A stretch of DNA of 63,893 bases, counting the filler, from Octopus bimaculoides (taxonomy: Eukaryota), in assembly GCF_001194135.2 (NCBI RefSeq). It is 4 parts of 4 records of this genome, joined end to end, with 100 filler letters (N's around TTAATTAATTAA, not from the genome) between each part and the next. Parts side by side here need not be neighbours in the genome. Positions count along the whole stretch, not along the records: positions 1 to 31,298 come from NC_069001.1; 3 more parts are not named here. One strand, written 5' to 3'. Below the pieces are notes generated by a model that was given only the letters and a program-made list of their open reading frames with translations, searched no databases and was not told the DNA's origin. Both the position numbers and the translations under genes were made by a program. Shown here piece by piece: positions 13,199 through 21,566 of this stretch. The stretch's first letter is position 1, and every line of letters begins with the position of its first letter.

Positions 13199-13999
13199 CA
13201 TTACACGTACACATACTTGTCTTTGATATCACTTCTGACCTTTTGAAATCTCATGATCTAATTCAACATATTGGTAAAAATATCTGTGTAATCAATAAAT
13301 CAATAAAGACAAAATTCTATGACTGTGCAAAGTACAAGATATCGAACACACTTAGCAACTTTCCAATCTCAATAATCACTGGATTAATCGATGAGATTAA
13401 ATAATTCAAACTGTGCTTTCCTGTATTTTCTGCACCCACCCACTTCTTATTCTTTTACTCTTTTATTTGTTTCAGTCGTTTGACTGTGGCCACGCTGGAG
13501 CACCGCCTTTGGTCGAACGAATCGATCGTGGGACTTATTCTTTGTGCAAGCCTAGTACTTATTTTTTATTGGTCTCTTATGCCGAACCACTAAGTAACCA
13601 AGATGTAAACACACCGACATCGGTTGTCAAGTGATGGTGGAGGGACAAACACAGACACACACACAAATATACATACATAAATCCACATATACATACATAC
13701 ATATTTCAAAGATAGAAATTGAAAGAAACCCATTGTATATATATATATATATATATAATATATGACAAGATTCTTTCAGTTTCTGTCTTTGAAATCCACT
13801 CATGAGGCTTTGGTCGGCCCGAGGCTATAGTAGAAGACACTTGCCCAAAGTGCCACACATTGGGACTGAACCCGGAACCATGTGGTTGGGAAGCAAGCTA
13901 CTTACCATACATGCCTGTGCCTTAGATTGTTATTTTTTACTCTTTCTCCTTCTCTTACATACATTCATGCATACATGAATACCCACACATGTGTGTGTG

Positions 14000-14039
<40 letters not shown>

Positions 14040-14049
14040 NNNNNNNNNN

Positions 14050-14097
<48 letters not shown>

Positions 14098-14984
14098 CCA
14101 CCGATTGCATTCTGAAAGGGACACACCCTCTTCATCCAGATGGTGACCCCCTTTGTTCTATGTCAGCATGATATATTATGTGTATGTATGCATGTTGTCT
14201 TTTTAGGAGCAGAAATTTCTAGGAGTGGATTCCCAGTCCCCTCGCTGAGGAAATGGGATACAGAGTGAGGTGGGGGAGTTGTGAAAGGGATGCTGAAAGA
14301 TAAAAGGTTGAGTATGAAAGTGAAAAGAGGTGTGTATGAGGGCATGATTGTGCCGACAATGTTATATGGTGCAGGGATGTGGGGTCTGAGAGAGGCGGAA
14401 AGGAGGCAGCTAGATATATTTGAGATGAGATGTTTGATGGCTACGGTTGGTGTGACAAGGATGGACAGGATAAGGAACGAGGAGGTGCAAAGGAGAGGAG
14501 GAATGAGTGAAATCTAACAACCAGAATGGTTAGATGAATGTTGAGATGGTTTGGCCCACATGGAGAGGATGGATGAGGAGGAGATGGTAAGGAGGGTGAT
14601 GAAGGCAGAAGTGGTAGGCAGCAGAACCAGAGGCAGACCTCAGTTTGTGGGGATGGATGGAGTGAGGAAAGCCTTGGTGGTTAGAGGTGTTGGAGTGAGA
14701 GAGGCAAGAGAGTTTATAAATGATAAGAAAGATTGGAGAGTGCTTGTGGATGGATGAGTGAATTTGATGTTACTCAAAGGGGTACAGAACCAGCATGATA
14801 TGGTGGGGCTAAACCAGCATATGCTGTCAGGCCCCACTGCTGATATCGGGGTTTGTGTTCTGTCCTTTGACCCGAGCCTATGACAGGGCTCGCCTCTTTG
14901 GGCTGGGAAATAAATGGAGCGCCTGGTGTGTGTCTTGTTGTGGCTAACCCCTCCCTGGAGAATAGGCCTGGGTGTATGTGTATA

Positions 14985-15018
<34 letters not shown>

Positions 15019-16186
15019 CATGCATGTATGTGTGTATCTAAACACACACAGATATCTCATAGACTAATAAACTGTCCTCCATTTAGCATTTTTATCTATA
15101 AAGACATTACTAGACACTACTCAATAGTATGGATTAAATCTTGAGAATCTTTAGAATGGTTTCAATCCTTAAAAACTTTGCAAGTCATGTCTACGAAATA
15201 CTTGGTCAAGTATTTTAATGCATCAAATTACATTATTTTGTTTCTAGAGACAAATCTTTAAAGACTTGATTGTGTCTATTTTCTTTTGAGATTTACATAT
15301 ATCATACCTTAGCAATTTGGACCAGCTCCACTAGACGAGGGGAGATAATCACAAGATTCATGTCAATAAAAAGTTTTGAATGGTACAACAATGCACTTAT
15401 AATACAAGAAATGGACTATATACCTGTTGTAATTTAGGTCCAAGGCATGCATTACATTGAATTATATGTTGTTGGTATACTCTGGAGTGCCCGACTAGTT
15501 GTAAATCCCCTTGGTGTATCATGACCAAATGAATACTAACAGATGATGGATAATTGTCAGCTCATTACACATGTTTCTTACACATTTTTTAATGGAGGAA
15601 TGAGAACATTACTCCATTGCAAAAAAAAACAAAACGTGATCATCAGATGAAATGTAATTTTACAAGCAAAAAAATATCTCCAGAATACAGCAGTGACATG
15701 GCTGAGGTCTATTCAGGCTAAATATGAAATGGGAGAATGACCAACAAAGTTGGCCATTGTGGGCATTAGGGGGTGGGCATTAGGGGGTGGGGTTAGGATA
15801 AGAGTATAGTTAGTGAAAGGGTGCATTTGTGATATTTCAGGTCAGCGATCCCGGATGAGATAGGAATTTGCTTGACTGGTTCTCTGGTAGGCCAGGGGTG
15901 GAGTGTAGGTGATGTTTTATTATACTAAGCTTAGAGAAGTTGGTAACTGGGAGAGGACCGAAGAAAATTTAAGGATAAAGAATAAAGAAAAAATAAAGAA
16001 AGCAAGAAGTAAAAAGTAAAAGTCTGTAAAATTACATTTAACTGATAGTTACAAGGTTTTTGTAATGGAATAATCTTATTCTTCTTTTAAAAAATGCCTA
16101 AGAAACAGTTGTAATGAGGTGACAATTATCCATCGTCTGTCATTATTCATTTGATTATATATATATATTCATTTGATTTTACATAT

Positions 16187-16218
<32 letters not shown>

Positions 16219-16732
16219 GGATGGATGGATGGATAGATAGATAGAGAGAAGTAGATAGATAGACAGATAGATAGATAGATAGATGGATAGATAGACAGAT
16301 ATACTTATGCATACACACATGGACATGGACACACACACACACACACACACATATATGTATATACATATACACACATGCAAATCTATGTATGTACATATGT
16401 GTGTGTGTATGTGTGTATACACACACATTTCTATGTATATCTCACTGCCTTCACACACACACATACATCTATTCACAACCAGAAACAAACCTCAAAGACT
16501 TACTGAGAACTACTGATGGTTCGTCTGTTTTGTTCTTTATGTTCCCAATGTAGATCAAACGGTGAACAAGGCTGGCCTGCAACAGAGACAGAGGACGCAT
16601 GAAATCATCACCAGCATCTAAAAATAGGTACAAGGAGGAAATTAGGGGGTGAAATAGAGGGGCTGAACTGCAACAGGGTAAGGGTGACAAGAAGTCACTA
16701 TATTTTTGCTCCATACATACATACATACATAC

Positions 16733-16784
<52 letters not shown>

Positions 16785-17681
16785 GTGTATGTGTTCTTCC
16801 CTGCACCATTGCTTGACAACCAGTGTTGGTGTGTTTATGGGCCTGTAACTTAGCAGTTCAGCAAAAGAGACCGATAGAATAGGTACTAGGCTTACAAAGA
16901 ATAAGTCCTAAGATTGATTTCTTTGACTAAAAAAAAAAACCCTCCAAGGCTAGCCACAATCAACTCCAGCATGGCCACAATCAACTGACAGAAACAAGTG
17001 AAAAAATAAGGTTTGTTTCTGACCCCATAAGTCAGCAGTTCAACAAAAGACTGAGTACCAGACTTATAGAAATATGTCAGTCCTGGGGACGATTTGTTCG
17101 ACTAAAACCCTTCAAGGTGCTGCCCCAGCATGGCCACAGTCCAATGACTGGAACAAGTAAATGATAAGGAAGATTGAGAGAAAAATTCAGTCGTTTGACC
17201 AATCATAAATGTAAATTATTCTTCACACTCAAATTTTNNNNNNNNNNNNNNNNNNNNNNNNNNNNNNNNNNNNNNNNNNNNNNNNNNNNNNNNNNNNNNN
17301 NNNNNNNNNNNNNNNNNNNNNNNNNNNNNNNNNNNNNNNNNNNNNNNNNNNNNNNNNNNNNNNNNNNNNNNNNNNNNNNNNNNNNNNNNNNNNNNNNNNN
17401 NNNNNNNNNNNNNNNNNNNNNNNNNNNNNNNNNNNNNNNNNNNNNNNNNNNNNNNNNNNNNNNNNNNNNNNNNNNNNNNNNNNNNATCGACCCCGAAAGG
17501 ATAAAAAAAAAAAAATCAAAATTCAACCACGGTAGCATTCGAACTCAGAACGTAGGTATCACAAATATATTAATACCCAGCATATGTTTATACTTACACC
17601 TTCTCCAAATCTACTTCTTTCAATATCGTATAAAGAACGCCTGCTTTCTAGATCTGAGATTTCCAATGATGACATCGCCAT
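4149..17681 (-). CDS. TEX47: TEX47/C7orf62-like BLUF-fold protein (DYBLUP/MOT7-related), whole gene span, 8 coding exons, 242 aa
   Basis: Eight exons with GT-AG boundaries and matching phases join into one 729-nt ORF: MAMSSLEISDLESRRSLYDIERSRFGEG|ASLVHRLIYIGNIKNKTDEPSVVLS HLQEDILYLREKEGEIISGLLVMYQVQFFVVLE|SSEKYISALIQHLKSAIGGKLINRVKLLVISHD|VFRLFRQMHFCLLDIHSQNMEVFETLDTIEKLQVDLIQQILLLGAHLNQQHK|GDFQRVLETMSTRNPALLPQQA LIHYLLKNEEEGLTIEQLIDMFTKPFDIVLHSD LVWPLQKYLYPNDYME*. It is colinear with human TEX47 as I recall it (LLDRMFLVAKI; GEAVTGLLLIYP..LHILESS; IVVISHNIPMRLFMQW; NRPIHITLDSEVVWP). No database search was run. Confidence 0.88.
4440..4538 (-). CDS. TEX47: TEX47-like exon 7 (LIHYLLKNEEEGLTIEQLIDMFTKPFDIVLHS)
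   Basis: Acceptor tttctctattgtag|CC; donor TCTG|GTAAGT; 99 nt, phase 1 to 1. Confidence 0.87.
4560..5065. repeat. Degenerate (GGT/GAT)n trinucleotide tract
   Basis: Direct sequence; source of the spurious Thr/Gly/Val/His-rich ORFs. Confidence 0.9.
5187..5885 (+). mobile_element. Tc1/mariner relic (TIR plus N-terminal HTH region) with an internal tandem duplication
   Basis: Starts TA|CAGAGTG. YxKHENIMEVQRQFRxYF is typical of Tc1-like DUF4817 N-termini. The segment repeats at 5340, 5608 and 5860. Confidence 0.65.
5900..6125 (-). mobile_element. LINE (RTE-like) RT C-terminal fragment
   Basis: KLWLYSSIVIPTAVYVCEIWKKT...VFH*CCLHSVLDISYWDRV. Confidence 0.65.
6511..6574 (-). CDS. TEX47: TEX47-like exon 6 (GDFQRVLETMSTRNPALLPQQ)
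   Basis: Acceptor ccattctcattgcag|GGT; donor CAAG|GTAAGC; 64 nt, phase 0 to 1. Confidence 0.85.
6615..6875. repeat. (CATA)n microsatellite
   Basis: Direct sequence. Confidence 0.92.
7390..7663 (-). mobile_element. tRNA-derived SINE (family B), 5' part lost in the gap; further 3' fragment at about 6985-7062
   Basis: Reverse complement of 8540-8838. Confidence 0.8.
8453..8838 (+). mobile_element. Full-length tRNA-derived SINE (family B) with 13-bp TSD
   Basis: A-box-like TGGCCCAGTGG, B-box-like GGTTTCTATTCC, (CAA)n tail; accagacactcag duplicated at 8440-8452 and 8839-8851. Confidence 0.85.
8922..9395 (-). mobile_element. Dispersed retroposon 3' end with (ATG)n tail (family C); other copies at about 24540-24775(+), 25268-25320(+), 25468-25700(-), 38020-38560(-), 42350-42560(+), 50100-50262(+), 50580-50750(-), 53200-53320(+)
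   Basis: Shared core ctacagctggatgcccttcctaacgccaacc / ccaacccatgccagcatggaaa..gacgttaaatgatgatg in all copies; internal duplication of about 115 bp in this copy. Confidence 0.75.
9640..9795 (-). CDS. TEX47: TEX47-like exon 5 (VFRLFRQMHF...LGAHLNQQHK)
   Basis: Follows a U12 branch site and AG; 156 nt open; donor AAA|GTAAGT; overlaps the supplied ORF 9631..9825. Confidence 0.88.
9796..10490 (-). other. U12-type (minor spliceosome) GT-AG intron, intron 4 of the TEX47-like gene, 695 nt
   Basis: 5' splice site GTATCCTTT (10490-10482); branch site CCTTAAC (9814-9808); no polypyrimidine tract; first AG downstream of the branch (9797-9796) keeps the reading frame. Confidence 0.88.
10055..10285. 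repeat. 42-bp minisatellite, about 5.5 copies, inside the U12 intron
   Basis: caaagt starts at 10061, 10103, 10145, 10187, 10229 and 10268; unit ggcaaagtgactgagttcctttcgagcattgggccccatgga. Confidence 0.9.
10491..10589 (-). CDS. TEX47: TEX47-like exon 4 (SSEKYISALIQHLKSAIGGKLINRVKLLVISHD)
   Basis: Acceptor catttcacag|TCA; donor GAT|GTATCCTTT (U12 type); 99 nt, phase 0 to 0. Confidence 0.88.
10848..11224 (-). mobile_element. tRNA/CORE-like SINE (family D) with internal microsatellite
   Basis: Reverse complement of the 58633-59046 copy (GGAGTGGCTGTGTGGTAAG...CCTTGGGCAAGTGTCTT...GCATGGCCACAGTCAAATGACTGAAACAAGTAAAAG). Confidence 0.85.
11890..11990 (-). CDS. TEX47: TEX47-like exon 3 (HLQEDILYLREKEGEIISGLLVMYQVQFFVVLE)
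   Basis: Acceptor tatttcttaacag|GT; donor GAG|GTAGGT; 101 nt, phase 1 to 0; SGLLVMYQVQFFVVLE aligns without gaps to the BLUF TGALFYSQGVFFQWLE segment. Confidence 0.88.
12445..12672 (-). mobile_element. tRNA-derived SINE (family A); partial copies at about 11270-11400, 20750-20900, 32480-32690, 32720-32886
   Basis: Core atcgaccccgaaaggatgaaaggcaaagtcgacctcggcggaatttgaactcagaacg shared between copies. Confidence 0.85.
12860..12950 (-). mobile_element. mariner transposase C-terminal relic
   Basis: GIKDLIDRWKGHLEKAGDYIND* resembles the mariner GIxxLxxRWxKCxxxxGDY terminus. Confidence 0.5.
13452..13922 (-). mobile_element. SINE family D
   Basis: Same consensus as 58633-59046, reverse strand. 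Confidence 0.85.
14230..14970 (+). mobile_element. 5'-truncated RTE-clade LINE (RT C-terminus, 3' UTR, microsatellite tail)
   Basis: IVPTMLYGAGMWGLREAERRQLDIFEMRCL...RIRNEEV...W(F/L)AHMERMDEE...RGRP in ORFs 14281..14517 and 14551..14757. Confidence 0.85.
16504..16576 (-). CDS. TEX47: TEX47-like exon 2 (ASLVHRLIYIGNIKNKTDEPSVVL)
   Basis: Acceptor cctctgtctctgttgcag|GCC; donor CTCA|GTAAGT; 73 nt, phase 0 to 1; carries the BLUF beta1-like RLIY motif. Confidence 0.85.
17598..17681 (-). CDS. TEX47: TEX47-like exon 1 (MAMSSLEISDLESRRSLYDIERSRFGEG)
   Basis: ATG at 17681-17679, 84 nt open, ends GGT|GTAAGT (phase 0). Confidence 0.8.
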
Positions 17682-17751
17682 TTCGATAGTTTGTGTTGTT
17701 TACGTGGATTTTACCAAGGAAAAAGTACGAGAAAAAAAAGCTAAGTGCTAG

Positions 17752-17765
17752 GTAGTCATAGCAAC
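17752..17765. promoter_or_regulatory. RFX X-box-like motif GTAGTCATAGCAAC
   Basis: Matches the GTNRYC-AT-RGYAAC X-box pattern; 71-84 bp upstream of the TEX47-like ATG. Confidence 0.6.
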
Positions 17766-18320
17766 GATACATAACAGTCCCGCATTACAAAATATATTTC
17801 TAGATATATCGCAGTTCTATAAATCTACAGACAAGATCAGTCGATTGATGCGCGACTTTTGACTAATTTTGCAATTAATTCTTAGTGTAGAATAAATAAA
17901 ATGAAAAACTAATGATTTATTTCGTTGTTTCAGAAATAACGATGTTAGGAGTGGAGCATGAATTACAATGCAGTGTTTGTATGAATTACCTCTCTTTAAT
18001 TTAGCAATTTCTGACTGCGTTACGAAAACAATTGGTTGTTATTAACAATAGCAGTGGTTCCCAACCATTCTTAGCTTACGGACCTCTTTGATTCCTATTT
18101 AACTCGAATGGATCCTCGTAGCCTTAATCCTGTTGTATAGAGATTGTTTAAATAATAAAAAAAAGGTGTTAAAATATTATTTTGTTTATTGTAGAAGTAC
18201 AATCAAATTTTGGGTCGATTTGTTCGACTAAAGGTGGTGCTCCAGCATGGCCGCAGTCAAATGACTGAAACAAGTAAAAGAATAAAAAGAGTAATACAGT
18301 TGTCACATAGAATAGAAACC

Positions 18321-18450
18321 GTGACCGGAAGATTGATTCCACTTTACGTCGCTTTGCTTTAGTAATCAGGAGGTTCTATGCAGGGGAGATAATTCAATAT
18401 ATCATAATTTTTCGGACATCGAATTAAGACGACGAAGTTCTGTGGTAAGT
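18321..18450 (+). promoter_or_regulatory. Putative promoter / non-coding first exon of PDRG1
   Basis: ETS-type CCGGAAG at 18325-18331, CpGs retained, strong donor GTG|GTAAGT at 18444/18445; no PDRG1-like coding sequence here. Assignment to PDRG1 is inference. Confidence 0.4.
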
Positions 18451-20030
18451 GCTTGCTCTGGATATTTTAATTGAAATCTTTTATATTATTTGCGTTGAAT
18501 AATTTGTTTATGATATATTATATTTTTACAGATATCGGGTCCTTTTTTTTTAAGTTTAAAAGTATAGTTTTTATGCTACGGAAGTTATTCTGTGTAATTT
18601 CTTAAACGACGTAAATATTTCAGCTGCGATGTAACATGATTTCAGAATGGAATTAAGTAACCTTGTAATTAATTATTGTATTTGAATCATTCATTTGTTT
18701 TTGTGCCATTGATTTATTTATGTATGATATATTATATTTTTTATGGACATTGGGTCTTTCTTTTACGTTGGAATATATATTTTATGCTACGTAAATTCTT
18801 CAACGTCACTCCTACACGTTTCGCTCGTCCATATTAAGGTCTCGAAATAACTTAAATTACCGGCATTCTTTCGAAGAATGCCTAATTACCAAATAATCGA
18901 AATTAAAGAGAAAAGAAAAATACTCGGGAACTTTTGAAGTTTTTGTGGAGCTCGTGTTTCGGCGGAGGTAAAGAATACGTACACCACCCGTTTGCGGCGT
19001 AGCCAAAACCCTAACCCGTAGCCACCTGGGGTACGTATTCTTTACTTTCGCCGGGGTTTCCTTTTCTCGAAGGCCAGAAGCCCAGCCGGTGGAGATGGAG
19101 TATATGTAATCTGGGTATACCCCCCCCCTNNNNNNNNNNNNNNNNNNNNNNNNNNNNNNNNNNNNNNNNNNNNNNNNNNNNNNNNNNNNNNNNNNNNNNN
19201 NNNNNNNNNNNNNNNNNNNNNNNNNNNNNNNNNNNNNNNNNNNNNNNNNNNNNNNNNNNNNNNNNNNNNNNNNNNNNNNNNNNNNNNNNNNNNNNNNNNN
19301 NNNNNNNNNNNNNNNNNNNNNNNNNNNNNNNNNNNNNNNNNNNNNNNNNNNNNNNNNNNNNNNNNNNNNNNNNNNNNNNNNNNNNNNNNNNNNNNNNNNN
19401 NNNNNNNNNNNNNNNNNNNNNNNNNNNNNNNNNNNNNNNNNNNNNNNNNNNNNNNNNNNNNNNNNNNNNNNNNNNNNNNNNNNNNNNNNNNNNNNNNNNN
19501 NNNNNNNNNNNNNNNNNNNNNNNNNNNNNNNNNNNNNNNNNNNNNNNNNNNNNNNNNNNNNNNNNNNNNNNNNNNNNNNNNNNNNNNNNNNNNNNNNNNN
19601 NNNNNNNNNNNNNNNNNNNNNNNNNNNNNNNNNNNNNNNNNNNNNNNNNNNNNNNNNNNNNNNNNNNNNNNNNNNNNNNNNNNNNNNNNNNNNNNNNNNN
19701 NNNNNNNNNNNNNNNNNNNNNNNNNNNNNNNNNNNNNNNNNNNNNNNNNNNNNNNNNNNNNNNNNNNNNNNNNNNNNNNNNNNNNNNNNNNNNNNNNNNN
19801 NNNNNNNNNNNNNNNNNNNNNNNNNNNNNNNNNNNNNNNNNNNNNNNNNNNNNNNNNNNNNNNNNNNNNNNNNNNNNNNNNNNNNNNNNNNNNNNNNNNN
19901 NNNNNNNNNNNNNNNNNNNNNNNNNNNNNNNNNNNNNNNNNNNNNNNNNNNNNNNNNNNNNNNNNNNNNNNNNNNNNNNNNNNNNNNNNNNNNNNNNNNN
20001 NNNNNNNNNNNNNNNNNNNNNNNNNNNNNN

Positions 20031-20065
<35 letters not shown>

Positions 20066-20100
20066 TATATATATAAGGATTTACTTTTCGTAATGAGATA

Positions 20101-20206
20101 AAAAAAACCAAGGCTGTGTATAATATAGAACATTTATAAATAGAATGAGCTGTAAGACATTCTATTTATAAATGTTCTATAATGCACACAGCCTTGGGTT
20201 TTTTTT
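20101..20206. mobile_element. Palindromic MITE-like element
   Basis: Arms 20101-20147 and 20158-20206 are reverse complements (inner 24 bp perfect); 10-nt loop. Confidence 0.75.
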
Positions 20207-20214
20207 AATCACAA

Positions 20215-20238
20215 ACGATGGTGGGGGAACAAACACAG

Positions 20239-20272
<34 letters not shown>

Positions 20273-20427
20273 ATATGCATGTATATGCGGCGGGCTTCTT
20301 TCAGTTTCCTTCTACCAAATCCACTCACAAGGCTTTGGTCAGCCTGAGGCTATAGTAGAAGACACTTGCTCAAGATGTCACACAATGGGACTGAACCCGG
20401 AACCATGTGGTTGGGAAGCAAGCTACT
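20215..20427 (-). mobile_element. SINE family D, 5' half
   Basis: Consensus match. Confidence 0.8.
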
Positions 20428-21193
20428 TGTATAAAAATTGTTTAAATATTCCGTGTTTTGTGGCCGTATAACCAGTTTCTTGTACATAAACTTTACTTGT
20501 CTGAAATACAGTTCTTTCTTGGTCCCTGAAAAATTACCGTGGACCCCACCAAAACCTTATATGGATCCTAGTTGAAGGCCTCTGGTTTAAACCCACATAT
20601 CAAAATGGATGTATATTCGATGAAAGTTATTAAAATATTCTTCTGTAAAAGGTCCTTCATGAAGATGCGAAAAGCACGAGAAATCATCTAAGGGAGATAA
20701 TCTTTACTGCTATTATATAAAATGTATTTTTCAAATCTTCTCTACCCATAAATAAATCGCTTCAAATTTTGACACAAAAGTCAGGAATTTTGGGGGAGGT
20801 GGTGTGTCGGTTACAACGACCCCAGTACACAGTTGGTACCTCTTTTATCGACCCCAAAAGGATGAAAAGCTAAGACAACCTCGGCCGGATTTGAACTTGC
20901 TGTAATTTATCTCCAGGAGACATCATCTCCAACTGGCTATAACGACACGATCTGTGTCCTTATATTTTTGAACAAGGGCATTTAGCACCCCCACTCAGCT
21001 CAAAATAATATCTGTGTGTATTGCGATTTCCAGTTTATTTTCCTTCATCAGCGTGGAATAATTTTTCGGCTCGAGGCGGCACTGCCAAATTCCTGTTCAA
21101 AACATAGTTTTCAAAGTGACAACTAGTCACTGATCTATACAATAAAAAATCACTATTTGTAAATCTCTCAACGAGAGAAATTCAGCAACACTA

Positions 21194-21357
21194 CCCTAGA
21201 GCAAAGATTATTTGCCAACATAACATGGCAGTCCTGGTTTAGGACTATATCGTGTCATATAGCTAGCTGGAGACGGTCTCCAGGGGCTAAATTACAGCAA
21301 CATTCATCCTAAACCAGGACTGCCATGTTAAGTTGGCAAATAATCTTTACTCTGGGG
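21194..21357. mobile_element. MITE-like element with about 50-bp terminal inverted repeats
   Basis: agagcaaagattatttgccaacataacatggcagtcctggtttagga (21198-21244) vs reverse complement of 21307-21353, 2 mismatches. Confidence 0.8.
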
Positions 21358-21465
21358 CTTAGATTTATTCAAGGTGATGCTCCAGCATAGCCACAGTCTA
21401 ATGAATGTAACATGTAAAATATAAAACATTTGTAATATTGTTTTTACCCTTTTTTTTTGTTGAAG

Positions 21466-21566
21466 GGTTTTATCAAAGACGCATGGTGAAAAGAAATCTT
21501 GGGTCTGCATGAGTAACATGTTTATCAAAATGCCAGAAAAATCTACAAAGTCAATTTTAGAAAAAG
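21466..21566 (+). CDS. PDRG1: PDRG1 (p53 and DNA damage-regulated 1, prefoldin-like) internal exon: VLSKTHGEKKSWVCMSNMFIKMPEKSTKSILEK
   Basis: Acceptor ttttttttgttgaag|G; donor AAAG|GTAGGT; 101 nt, phase 2 to 1; VCMSNMFIKMP resembles PDRG1 VCFGNMFIKMP. Confidence 0.88.

Noticed and set aside
17933-18003. Acceptor-like ttcag followed by MLGVEHELQCSVCMNYL, resembling a RING/TRIM start
   Set aside because: Stops after 20 codons, no C-x-H or second CxxC follows, and no partner exons were found.
18052-20584. A single hAT element bracketing the putative PDRG1 promoter (TIR-like ends at 18052 and 20584)
   Set aside because: The ends match poorly and the 8-bp flanks (aacaatag vs gtttaaac) are not a TSD; treated as unrelated fragments.
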